DNA of 32,000 nt from the NCBI GenBank assembly GCA_041690135.1, contig JAWLHY010000007.1, forward strand, positions 179,740-211,739, read 5' to 3'. Below the pieces are notes generated by a model, which worked only from the letters and a program-made list of their open reading frames with translations, had not been told where the DNA came from and searched no databases. The stretch is from Armatimonadota bacterium (GTDB taxonomy: Bacteria > Armatimonadota > SYMT01). Each line of letters starts with the position of its first letter. Within the stretch, counting starts at the first letter, position 1. Below are positions 6,937-15,558 of this stretch, piece by piece. A program made the translations under genes and the position numbers.

Positions 6937-8730
6937 ATGGTTTACCGTTTTGCGGACTTTGAGTTGGACGAGAAGCGCCGGGAGCTGCGCCTGCGTGGCC
7001 GGGAAGTGGGCCTGCAGCCGCGGGTGCTCGATCTGCTCCTGTATCTGGTGCGGAACCGCGACCGGGTCGTCGGCAAGGAAGAACTGCTGGAGACTCTCTG
7101 GTCGGATGTGATTGTGGTGGATGGCGCCCTTCAGCGCGCAATGAGCCTGGCGCGCACTGCCTTGCAGCAGGGAGGCGCTCGGGACGTCATCCGCACTTAC
7201 GCGCGCCACGGCTACCGCTTTTGTGGTGAAGTGGAGTGCGAGGACGATGGTCCCGCCTCCGGCGATGTCGGCGCGCCAGCCACGGCAGATGCGGCATCGC
7301 CCCTTTGCCAGGCACGCCGGGCCTATGATCGGGGAGACTGGGAAGAGGCGGTCCATTGCTTTCGCGAGGTGGACCGGAACGATGGGCTAACTGCCGCCGA
7401 CCTGGAGCGCTGGGCCCATGCTGGCCGGTGTGCCGGGAGGGAGACGGATGCTGTCGCTCCCCTGGAACGGGCGGTGACTGCCCATGCCGCCGTAGGCGAC
7501 CGGGTGGGTGCGGCACGGGCCGCCCTCCTGCTGACGCAAATTCAGCAGGAACAGCGGGAAGGGGCCGTAGCCCAGGGTTGGCTGAACCGGGCGGCCAACT
7601 TCCTCGCAGGGGAGGCGAATTGCCGGGAACACGGGCTGCTGGAGTGGCTTCGGAGCCGGTTTGCCGCCGCTGAGGGCGCTCTGGAAGAGGCGGCTCGCCG
7701 CGCAGAACAGGCCCACGTCCTGGGTCAAAGGATTGGCGATGCCGACCTGGAAGCCCTGAGCCTTTTGCAGTGGGGTCTCGTCCGGATTGCGCAGGGCGAT
7801 ATTCAGGCGGGGACCGCGCTCCAGGATGAAGCCGGCGCCGCCGCGCTGGGCGAGCAGGTGAGCCCCTGGGTGGCGTGCACGGTTTACTGCGGCATCGTCT
7901 GGGGCTGCCGCAACCGGGCCGATTGGGATCGCGCGGCCCAGTGGACCGAGCAGTACGACCGCTGGATCGGTCGCGGGCAGCTCGCGCACTTTCCGGGGCT
8001 TTGCCGGCTGCACCGCGCCGAGGTGCTGGGGGTGAAGGGCGAGCTGGATGAAGCCGAGCGGGAAGTGCGCGAGGCATGTGAGATGCTCGCCGTCAATGCT
8101 CCCTGGGCGCTGGGGGACGCCTACCGGGTGCTGGGCGAGATGCGGCTTTCCTGCTACGACCTGCGGAGCGCGGAAGAGGCCTTCCGGCGCGCTTACGAAC
8201 TGGGCTGGGACCCGCAGCCGGGCTACGCGCAGCTCCACCTCCAGCAGGGGCGCGCCGATGCGGCAGTCCGGGCGCTCGAGCGTTCCCTGGCCGATACCCG
8301 CTGGACCCAGAGCCAGCGCCGGGGGCTCCTCCTCGCCCACCTCGCTATCGCGGCTACCGCGGCCGGGTACTGTGAACGGGCTACTGCGGCCATGGAGGAG
8401 CTGGACGCGAACCCTGACCTCTATGCCACTCCCGCCCTCGCAGCTCTGGTGGAACGCGCGCGGGCCGAAGTGGCCCTCTGTGAGGCTCGCCAAAACGAAG
8501 CAGTGGCCTCCCTCCGGCGCAGTCTGCAGGCCTGGCAGGAGATCGGCGCGCCGCTGCACGTCGCCACCCTGCGCCTCCGGCTGGTGGAGATCCACATGCA
8601 GGACGGAGATCCCGACCTGGCGGAGTTGGAACTGACCGCCGCCGAAGCGGCCTTCCGCAAGGTAGGCGCAAAGGCCGCGCTGGGGGCGTGCGAGTCGATT
8701 CGGAAGACTCACTCTCTGGGCTTCACCTGA
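6937..8730 (+). CDS. One-component transcriptional regulator: N-terminal OmpR/CadC-type winged helix plus a long TPR/helical-repeat domain
   Basis: MVYRFADFELDEKRRELRLRGREVGLQPRVLDLLLYLVRNRDRVVGKEELLETLWSDVIVVDGALQRAMSLARTAL...IRTYARHGYRF is a trans_reg_C-type wHTH. The remaining roughly 480 aa are Ala/Leu-rich helical repeats. I chose the ATG at 6937. Confidence 0.8.
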   Translation: MVYRFADFELDEKRRELRLRGREVGLQPRVLDLLLYLVRNRDRVVGKEELLETLWSDVIVVDGALQRAMSLARTALQQGGARDVIRTYARHGYRFCGEVECEDDGPASGDVGAPATADAASPLCQARRAYDRGDWEEAVHCFREVDRNDGLTAADLERWAHAGRCAGRETDAVAPLERAVTAHAAVGDRVGAARAALLLTQIQQEQREGAVAQGWLNRAANFLAGEANCREHGLLEWLRSRFAAAEGALEEAARRAEQAHVLGQRIGDADLEALSLLQWGLVRIAQGDIQAGTALQDEAGAAALGEQVSPWVACTVYCGIVWGCRNRADWDRAAQWTEQYDRWIGRGQLAHFPGLCRLHRAEVLGVKGELDEAEREVREACEMLAVNAPWALGDAYRVLGEMRLSCYDLRSAEEAFRRAYELGWDPQPGYAQLHLQQGRADAAVRALERSLADTRWTQSQRRGLLLAHLAIAATAAGYCERATAAMEELDANPDLYATPALAALVERARAEVALCEARQNEAVASLRRSLQAWQEIGAPLHVATLRLRLVEIHMQDGDPDLAELELTAAEAAFRKVGAKAALGACESIRKTHSLGFT

Positions 8731-8937
8731 TCAGTCGCCGATTCGCTCGAACCGGAGGCGGGAGCCCGCGACGGTTTCCACGGTTTCGCTCCACATGCTC
8801 TCCGGGCGCGCCCACAGACGGGTCTCACCCTCGCGGTGATAGATGACCAGCGGCTCCTCGGTTTCGGAGTGGGTGGCGTTTCCGACGACGCGGTAGAGCT
8901 TGTCCTTGTAATGCCGGTACAGGCCGGGTTGCACCAT
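8731..8937 (-). CDS. DUF1653-family protein
   Basis: GLYRHYKDKLYRVVGNATHSETEEPLVIYHREGETRLWARPESMW matches the DUF1653 signature (YrHYKg..Y.v...A.HSEt.E..VvY......WvRP..MF). AAGGAG lies 7 nt upstream of the ATG. Confidence 0.8.
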   Translation of the reverse strand: MVQPGLYRHYKDKLYRVVGNATHSETEEPLVIYHREGETRLWARPESMWSETVETVAGSRLRFERIGD

Positions 8938-8958
8938 GGCGATCTCCTTTCCCGTCGT

Positions 8959-9543
8959 TTACTTTAGCGGAACGGAGAAGCTAAGGGCGGCTTTGGTCTC
9001 TTCCCGCCCGGGAACCCAATGGCAGGACCGGCAGCCGCCCTGGAGAGAAATGGCCTTGGTCACCCGGAGACGCCCCGCGCTTATGGCCTCGGTGCGGTCC
9101 GCGCCGGCGGTCAATTCCCGGACGGCCTGTTTCTCGAAAGCGTCCACCGGACGGTGATCCGGGTTCATCAACACTCCGTTGACGGCCAGGAAGCGGGACT
9201 GCGGCCAACCCTTCTTGCTCATGATCTCCTGCAGCTTCCGCAGGGGGACCGCCGCCACGATCGGCTGCCCGGTGCGGACGGGATACCACCGGTGGATCTC
9301 CTCCAGCGTGATCTGATAGGCGTCGTTGAGCATTTCCACCGCCATTCGCGCGTCCTCCGGTGTCAGAGCGGCAGTAGCGGGAGGGCCAGGCTTGCCGGGA
9401 CCCGGCACACCAGTCGTGGCGTGGGGACGTTTACCTTCCGGGCGGGACGGCGCCTTCCCTGCGGACCTCTTTCCAGGTGCAGCAAAGGCGGCAGGCGCCA
9501 GGAGCATGGGGGCGAGGACGGCGGCCAAGACTCGGGAAGACAC
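8959..9543 (-). CDS. Secreted DUF3365 (Tll0287-like) protein with a CxxCH heme-c motif
   Basis: It has a signal-peptide-like N-terminus (SSRVLAAVLAPMLLAPAAFAAPG), a Pro-rich linker, and then a DUF3365-like domain ending in GGCRSCHW (CxxCH). I prefer the GTG at 9543 because GGAGG lies 8 nt upstream; the ORF track ATG is at 9582. Confidence 0.65.
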   Translation of the reverse strand: MSSRVLAAVLAPMLLAPAAFAAPGKRSAGKAPSRPEGKRPHATTGVPGPGKPGPPATAALTPEDARMAVEMLNDAYQITLEEIHRWYPVRTGQPIVAAVPLRKLQEIMSKKGWPQSRFLAVNGVLMNPDHRPVDAFEKQAVRELTAGADRTEAISAGRLRVTKAISLQGGCRSCHWVPGREETKAALSFSVPLK

Positions 9544-9639
9544 TGCAATTACCTCCAGTCTCTGGGACGGAGAGAACTCCACGATCCGTTGCTGGAGACT
9601 TCCGCGGCAGATTGATGACAGGAGGCGGGCGATGCCGGG

Positions 9640-9669
9640 GCGGAGGCCGGCCCTGCAGCCGGCCTCCGC
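9640..9669 (-). terminator. 12-bp perfect GC hairpin downstream of the secreted-protein gene
   Basis: GCGGAGGCCGGC (9640-9651), loop CCTGCA, GCCGGCCTCCGC (9658-9669). It begins 8 nt after the stop at 9677, with no U-tract. Confidence 0.4.
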
Positions 9670-9676
9670 TCGCCGG

Positions 9677-10489
9677 CTATCCCTTGGAGAGGCTCATCAT
9701 GGAGCCGTCCAGGTAGAGGAACTCAGGGTTGGCGGTCTGGTCATTGTCCCCAAAGGGGTAGACCGTATGCCGGCTCACCTGGCCATCGACACGTTTGAGC
9801 ACCAGCGTGTTGCCGCTGAAGTGGTAGGTTCCGGAGGTCTCACTTTCCGACTTCCCGGCTGCGCTGCCGGCGCTACTTTCGATGGAAGCGCTCCCGATGC
9901 TGCCGGAAGAAAAGGTGCCATTCGGGTTGAGCGTCAGGCCACGGGCGGCACCCACGACGGCGCCGGTTCCCCTGCCGACCGTGGCGCCCCAACTCCAGTG
10001 ACCCTTCAGCTTCTGACCTGGTTTGAACTGGGGCACGCGGGAGGTAAAGATGCCATCCAACTCGAGATCTTTGCCCTTACGCGCGAATTTGCGGGTTTCC
10101 GGCTTGCGGCCGCCGCCCCAGGTGAAGGTGATCTTGTCCCCCTCGATGCGGTAGGTGCCGACATTCCCCGGCTTTTCCTGCGCCGCTTTCTCCCAGTCGA
10201 AGGGGTCAAGACCGCCCTTCGGACCATAGGCGACCTTCCCGTCGTTGGTGAAATACCAGGCCTCATTCGAGATGGAGAAGGTCGGGTACGAGTAGGTCAT
10301 CACCCGCAGATACAGCCCTCCAATGCCCGCGGGTTGCGCGGGCACTTTTGCGGTCGGCTTGACGGGTGTCTTCTTTGCGGCGGGCCTGGCCGGGCTCTTC
10401 TTCGCGGCGGGTTGGGCAACTGCGTTGGAGCCAATCGCCGCGGCGACACCGGCGAGGGCGAAAACTGCGGAGGCCTGAGAGACTTTCAT
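9677..10489 (-). CDS. Secreted hypothetical protein (signal peptide, Lys/Pro/Ala linker, beta-rich repeats)
   Basis: MKVSQASAVFALAGVAAAIGSNAVAQP is a signal peptide, followed by an AAKK/PAKP linker. It contains GTYRIEGDKITFTWGGG and GTYHFSGNTLVLKRVDG lipocalin-like strands. GAGGAG lies upstream of the ATG. Confidence 0.6.
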   Translation of the reverse strand: MKVSQASAVFALAGVAAAIGSNAVAQPAAKKSPARPAAKKTPVKPTAKVPAQPAGIGGLYLRVMTYSYPTFSISNEAWYFTNDGKVAYGPKGGLDPFDWEKAAQEKPGNVGTYRIEGDKITFTWGGGRKPETRKFARKGKDLELDGIFTSRVPQFKPGQKLKGHWSWGATVGRGTGAVVGAARGLTLNPNGTFSSGSIGSASIESSAGSAAGKSESETSGTYHFSGNTLVLKRVDGQVSRHTVYPFGDNDQTANPEFLYLDGSMMSLSKG

Positions 10490-10653
10490 AACGCATCTCC
10501 TCTACTGCATCTTCGGATGCGCGTTAACAGGGATGAGCCGCGCCAGATGGCGCGGGGGTAAGCCGTAGAAGCTCTACGATACCCCAATATCCCACAGTTT
10601 CGCATTCGCGTGCATGTTTCTCCACCACGGTCGGCGATTTCCCATCCCCACTG

Positions 10654-10694
10654 CAAAACACGGCAAAAGGCCCGGTCCATATCCGGACCGGGCC
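10654..10694 (-). terminator. Canonical Rho-independent terminator
   Basis: The minus strand reads GGCCCGGTCC-GGATAT-GGACCGGGCC (10-bp stem), followed directly by TTTTGCCGTGTTTTG. It lies 26 nt downstream of the stop at 10720. Confidence 0.7.
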
Positions 10695-10719
10695 TGGCAC
10701 ACACCTTAGCGAGTTCCCG

Positions 10720-11004
10720 CTACTCCCCGCTTGGTGCGGCTGGTGCGCTCGGAGCAGCCGGCACACTCGGGGCGCTGGGAGCACTGGGAGCACTCGGCTC
10801 GCTCGGCACCGGAACCGGCACCACCTGGGTGTCCGGCTGGGAAGGCTGGATGATCGTCGTGTCATTATCCGGCGCGGGGCTGGCGTCGATCCGCGGCTGC
10901 CCCCACACGAACCAGGCGACCAGCGCCAGGATGGCCACCACGGCGATCATGGCCGCCGCCATCCAACCCGCACCACTCTCGTTCTCTCTATAGACAACCG
11001 GCAT
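10720..11004 (-). CDS. Small single-pass membrane protein with a Pro/Ser/Ala-repeat tail
   Basis: It has one TM helix (WMAAAMIAVVAILALVAWFVWG) followed by ...PSEPSAPSAPSAPSVPAAPSAPAAPSGE. AAAGGA lies upstream of the ATG, and a canonical terminator lies downstream. Confidence 0.5.
   Translation of the reverse strand: MPVVYRENESGAGWMAAAMIAVVAILALVAWFVWGQPRIDASPAPDNDTTIIQPSQPDTQVVPVPVPSEPSAPSAPSAPSVPAAPSAPAAPSGE
10741..10815. repeat. Degenerate 9-nt in-frame tandem repeat encoding (S/P)AP units
   Basis: TGGGAGCAC is repeated perfectly at 10786-10794 and 10795-10803, flanked by degenerate copies (TCGGGGCGC, TCGGCTCGC). Confidence 0.6.
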
Positions 11005-11096
11005 TTCGGTGTTCCTTTCGCGACTGATTCCACCCCAAGAGGTGGGTTCAGAGGGTGATACCCGGCGTCCTGGCTACAGAAACGGGGGGTGCTTGC

Positions 11097-12764
11097 TCAA
11101 CGGGGAGTCGGGTTTGCCGCGTGCGGTGCCTTCCCGTCGGGGTCTTGCGGAACTTCCAACCAGCAGATCCTGCGGTCTTCCAGTCCCCAGAGTGTCAACC
11201 ACTGGAAGAGTTCCTTCCGAACCCGGCGGCGGTCATCAGGAGAGTAGAGGGGCATTTCCAGAAAGGGCCAGCGCGGAGGTTGGTTGCCTGAGTGGCCGTT
11301 GATGGTGGGAATGCCGGTCTCCAGGTAAACCCACAAGGCGTCGACATGGTAACGGTCGGTTTTGCCCTGGGTAGGAGTGAGAAAGAAGGCGTTGGCGGTC
11401 GGGTCGATTTGCCGCGCCAGCGCTCCATCTTCCGCGCGAGCTTGCTGCTTGCTGTAAGAGGGGATCCACCGTCCTTGCTCCAGTACTCCGAGGGCCAGGC
11501 AGGCCAGTAGCAACCCGATCCGCTGCCGCCTCAAGAGGTGCTGTACCACGAATCCCACGCCCAGGGCGGCAGGAAGCAAGATGATGAAGACCACTCGGTG
11601 ACACGCCCGCACCGCGTAAGCACCCGGAACGAACAGGAACTGCGCGCGGCAGAGCTCTCGCTCGTTGGCAAGAACGATTGTGTAGGCGAGGATGGTCAGT
11701 GTGACGAGGATGGCCAGGCGGACGGTGGGTCTTTCCCGCTCGCGCCAGAGGCCGAACGCGGCGGCCACGGTGGTGAGGAGCCCGATGCCGATCGGCTCGG
11801 AGCGGAGCACCGTGCCCACGTCGAAGAAGCCGTCCGTCCATCCGTAGCACCAACTCTGCGTGCCCATATACAACCACGAGGGCCACGAGGGCATGGAGAA
11901 GAGCACGTCCATATAGTGGCGTTTGGGCACTTCCCAGCGGGCCTGGAGGTAATGGAGCGCCATGGGGTAGAGGGTGAGCCCGGAGGCGGCTGCCACCACC
12001 GTCAGCGCCAGCAGGTGTGCTCGCGCAAACGAGACGAGCACTTCTCGATATTCCCGAAGGGCGAGGGCCCAGAGCAGCGCAACGCCCAATCCCAAAGCTA
12101 GAAACCATCCCAGGTAGTAGCAGGCGTAGAACTGAGCGACCACGCACGCACTGAACAGAAAGATCCAGAGACGTGTCCACGCAGGCCTTTGCGGATCGAG
12201 GTGGGACTGGAACGCGAGGGCGAGAAAGTAAACGGCCAGAGGCGCGTAGAACTGCGCCAGTAGTTGCTGGCGGATCAGGTGCGCGAGGCGAGGACTGCCG
12301 AAAGCGAACAGAAACGCCCCGGCCGCGGCGGCGAGCGGATGGAGACGCACTCCGTGGCGAAGGACGAGATAGGCGGATGCGAAGTTCAGCACTCCGAGTG
12401 TCAGCATCCAGAACTGAAAGGAAGTGTCCGGGGGCAGACCTAACCAGCGCCACACCCAGTAGAATGGACCGACACCTACCAGGATTTCTGAATAGGCAAA
12501 GGTGTTGGGCGCCGGAAAAAAGACACCCGGGCTCCAGAAGTCCCGGTGCGCCGGATCGCCCCGCAGCCAGCGGTAACCGTGTTCGAGGATGAAGTTATTC
12601 AGCCGCGTATCGAACCGATCCGTCTGCACGCGTTCGAAGCCCGAAAGCAACATCGGGTAATGCGCGAGCAAGAGGCCGAGCAGGCACAGGCCCAGCGGCA
12701 GAAGGAATTCGCGAAGGCAGAGGCGACCGCGGACAATCCAGGGGGAAGCGGGCTTCAGTCTCAT
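11097..12764 (-). CDS. Large polytopic integral membrane protein (possible GT-C-like glycosyltransferase; family not recognised)
   Basis: The 555-aa protein has more than 10 predicted hydrophobic helices and a roughly 130-aa soluble C-terminal domain. The architecture resembles GT-C / DUF-type membrane glycosyltransferases. I cannot verify any diagnostic motif. Confidence 0.55.
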   Translation of the reverse strand: MRLKPASPWIVRGRLCLREFLLPLGLCLLGLLLAHYPMLLSGFERVQTDRFDTRLNNFILEHGYRWLRGDPAHRDFWSPGVFFPAPNTFAYSEILVGVGPFYWVWRWLGLPPDTSFQFWMLTLGVLNFASAYLVLRHGVRLHPLAAAAGAFLFAFGSPRLAHLIRQQLLAQFYAPLAVYFLALAFQSHLDPQRPAWTRLWIFLFSACVVAQFYACYYLGWFLALGLGVALLWALALREYREVLVSFARAHLLALTVVAAASGLTLYPMALHYLQARWEVPKRHYMDVLFSMPSWPSWLYMGTQSWCYGWTDGFFDVGTVLRSEPIGIGLLTTVAAAFGLWRERERPTVRLAILVTLTILAYTIVLANERELCRAQFLFVPGAYAVRACHRVVFIILLPAALGVGFVVQHLLRRQRIGLLLACLALGVLEQGRWIPSYSKQQARAEDGALARQIDPTANAFFLTPTQGKTDRYHVDALWVYLETGIPTINGHSGNQPPRWPFLEMPLYSPDDRRRVRKELFQWLTLWGLEDRRICWLEVPQDPDGKAPHAANPTPR

Positions 12765-12998
12765 CGGAGTGGGATGCGTGGACGGACGCTGGTTGGCTGG
12801 GCTGCGGAAGTGTAAGCTGTCGCCCGGTCATCTGTCAATAGGTGGCTTGCTTCCAGGTTGGATACCGATACAGATGCCTACAGGGGGACGCGCCGGGGCC
12901 GGAAGGCTTCCAAACCCGAAAGGGGTAAGATCTGGTAGCAAAGGTACTGGGCGGATGCAGGTTCCGAGCCGGACATACGCCACAGTCAGGACGAGAGA

Positions 12999-15431
12999 AT
13001 GAAGCACGACGTTACCCGAGAGGGTGGAGAGGGTCGCTACCGGGCGCTGTTTGAGCTCAGCTCCGAGGGCATCTGGCTCATGGATCTGGAGGAGCCTGTT
13101 CCGGTTGATCTCCCGGAGGAAGCGCAGGTTGGGGCGTTTTACCGCCACGCTTGCCTTACGGAATGCAACCGGGCGATGGCGGAAATGTACGGTATCGATG
13201 ATCCGGCCGATCTCGTGGGAAGCCGGTTGGGAGATCTCCTTCCCCGTAGCGACCCCCACAACTATGCCTATCTGTGCGACTTCATCCGCTCCGGTTACCG
13301 GCTTATCGGCGCGGAATCTCACGAGGTCGATTGTGCCGGCCGTCCCAAGTACTTTGTTAACAATCTAATGGGCATGGTGGAAGACGGCCGCCTGGTGCGG
13401 GTCTGGGGTACGCAACGGGATACTACGGAGCAGAAAGCTCTCGAACTGGAGCTCCGGAGGAGCGAGGAGTTGCTTCGCTCGCTGGGCGACAATCTTCCCG
13501 GTGCGCTGTACCAGGCGATACGGCCGGCCGGTGGGTCAACGCATTTCCGGTATCTCAGCGCGGGAATCGAGCGTCTCTTCGGAGTGAGGTCGGAGAAGGC
13601 GATCGCCGATCCGGCTCAACTGTACGCGCGGATTTTGCCGGAAGATCTACCGGGTCTTGCCGCCGCGGAAGACGAGGCCGTGCGATCCGGGGAGCCCTTC
13701 GACTCCATCTTTCGCTTTCGCACGGACGCAGGGGAGATACGCTGGGCGCACAGTCGCTCCGCGCCGCGTTTCCTGCCAGATGGCGCCGTGGTGTGGGACG
13801 GTATCATAATGGATGTCACTGAGCGCCAAAGAGCCGAACAGGCCCTGGCGCTCTCGCAGGCGGCGCAGCGCGAGCAGGAAGAGTTATTGAAGCTGGCGCA
13901 GCGGGCCGCCGATGCCGGAGCCTGGGCCTTCGAGCTTTCCACCGGCAATGCGTGGTGGTCGGAAGCGTGCTACGACCTGTTCGGGCTGGATCCAACGACC
14001 TTTACACCCACCCTCGAAAACTGGGCGGCCCGCGTCTTCGCGGAAGACCGCGAGCGAGCCCTGGAGGCGGTGCGGGAGGCGGTTGCCGAGCACCGGGACT
14101 TCAGTTGCGAGTTTCGCATCGTCCATCCGGAGAAGGGTGTGCGATGGATCTGGGAGGTTGCGCAGGCGCAACGAGACGCCGAGGGTCGGCCCTGGCGGAT
14201 GGTCGGGATTGCCCTGGACATCACGCAGCGGCGCTTCGCCGAGGAGGCCTTGCGGGAGGCAAGCCGCCGGAAAGATGAGTTCCTGGCGATGCTGGCGCAC
14301 GAATTGCGCAACCCGCTGGCGCCCATCCGTGCAGCATCTCACGTGCTGAAACTGTGCGGGTGGACGAACCCCGATCTTCTCGAACGGAACCGGGAGATCA
14401 TAGAGCGCCAGGTGGAGAACATGGCCCGGTTGCTGGACGACCTGCTTGATGTTTCGCGCATCACCCGCGGACTCGTGGAATTGAAGTTAGAACCCACTGA
14501 TCTGGCGCAGGTGGTCCGGAATTCCCTGGACACGGCACAGCCCTTGATCGAAGCCCGGCGCCACGGGGTCACCCTCACTCTGCCCGATACGCCCGTCCTC
14601 ATTCCGGCGGACCGGGTACGGCTGGAGCAAGTGCTCGTCAATCTGCTCACCAATGCGGCAAAATATACCGAACCGGGAGGCCGGATTTGGGTGGAGGTGA
14701 ACGCCGGATGTGCGCGCCCGGAAACCGCGTCCGGGAATGGCCGTAACGTGGAAATCCGCATCCGGGATACCGGTCGGGGTATTCCACCGGCCCTGCTTCC
14801 GCATGTGTTTGAGCTCTTCGCGCAGGGTGAACAGGGGCTAGATCGGAGCCAGGGCGGTCTGGGAATTGGATTGACCCTGGTCAAGCGCCTGGTCGAGATG
14901 CATGAGGGTGCGGTGGAGGCAAGGAGCGGCGGTGTGGGTCGGGGCTCCGAGTTCATCGTCCGGCTTCCGTGCGGCCCGCCCTTGGAAACGGAGCGAGAGA
15001 CCGGATCTCGTCCCCAGAAGCGTGAAACTCCGCCCTCGGGAGGCCCGAACCGGCAGGCCCGTCCGCTGCGTGTTCTAGTGGTGGACGACAACCGGGACGC
15101 CGCCGAGACATTGCTCGAATTGGCGGAGATTTGGGGTTACGAAACCCGGGCCGTGTATGACGGATTGTCCGCACTCCGGGAAGTTGCGGCTTTTGGTCCG
15201 GAAGTGATCCTGCTGGATATCGGCATGCCCGGCATCGACGGCTACGAGGTGGCTCGCCGCATCCGGGCCAAGCGCAATGGACAAGCGCCAAAGCTGGTGG
15301 CGGTTACCGGTTACGGGCGCGAAGAGGACCGGGCCCGCGCCCGAGAAGCCGGTTTCGACGAGCACGTCACCAAGCCGGTTGACTTGGAGGCGCTGCGAGA
15401 GTTGCTTGCCGCGCTGGCGCCCGTCGGGTAG
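12999..15431 (+). CDS. Cytoplasmic multi-PAS hybrid sensor histidine kinase (PAS x3, HisKA, HATPase_c, REC)
   Basis: H-box EFLAMLAHELRNPLAPI; N/G boxes LVNLLTNAAKYT, IRDTGRGI, GGLGIGL; C-terminal receiver RVLVVDDNRDAAETL...LLDIGMPGIDG...VAVTGYG...HVTKP. There is no TM segment. Confidence 0.9.
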   Translation: MKHDVTREGGEGRYRALFELSSEGIWLMDLEEPVPVDLPEEAQVGAFYRHACLTECNRAMAEMYGIDDPADLVGSRLGDLLPRSDPHNYAYLCDFIRSGYRLIGAESHEVDCAGRPKYFVNNLMGMVEDGRLVRVWGTQRDTTEQKALELELRRSEELLRSLGDNLPGALYQAIRPAGGSTHFRYLSAGIERLFGVRSEKAIADPAQLYARILPEDLPGLAAAEDEAVRSGEPFDSIFRFRTDAGEIRWAHSRSAPRFLPDGAVVWDGIIMDVTERQRAEQALALSQAAQREQEELLKLAQRAADAGAWAFELSTGNAWWSEACYDLFGLDPTTFTPTLENWAARVFAEDRERALEAVREAVAEHRDFSCEFRIVHPEKGVRWIWEVAQAQRDAEGRPWRMVGIALDITQRRFAEEALREASRRKDEFLAMLAHELRNPLAPIRAASHVLKLCGWTNPDLLERNREIIERQVENMARLLDDLLDVSRITRGLVELKLEPTDLAQVVRNSLDTAQPLIEARRHGVTLTLPDTPVLIPADRVRLEQVLVNLLTNAAKYTEPGGRIWVEVNAGCARPETASGNGRNVEIRIRDTGRGIPPALLPHVFELFAQGEQGLDRSQGGLGIGLTLVKRLVEMHEGAVEARSGGVGRGSEFIVRLPCGPPLETERETGSRPQKRETPPSGGPNRQARPLRVLVVDDNRDAAETLLELAEIWGYETRAVYDGLSALREVAAFGPEVILLDIGMPGIDGYEVARRIRAKRNGQAPKLVAVTGYGREEDRARAREAGFDEHVTKPVDLEALRELLAALAPVG

Positions 15432-15558
15432 GATGGTCCAGCCGTCTATGCGGAGAATCAGGCCAATTATCCGCCCGAGATGATGGTGCGCGGCGGTCGA
15501 CCGGCGGGTGGTTGGGGCTGTCGAGAAGCATAGAGCTGGGGCGGCGGAGAGTGCACGG

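Noticed and set aside
10741-10815. Short tandem repeats here and at 30412-30441, considered as CRISPR-like or minisatellite arrays.
   Set aside because: The units are 9 and 15 nt, contiguous with no spacers, and lie in frame inside coding sequences. They are coding low-complexity repeats, not CRISPR.
12765-12998. The 234-nt divergent intergenic region before the first histidine kinase, and the 179-nt leader at 16354-16532, scanned for riboswitch or sRNA structure.
   Set aside because: Only weak 4-5 bp stems were found, with no recognisable conserved riboswitch core. They cannot be supported from sequence alone.
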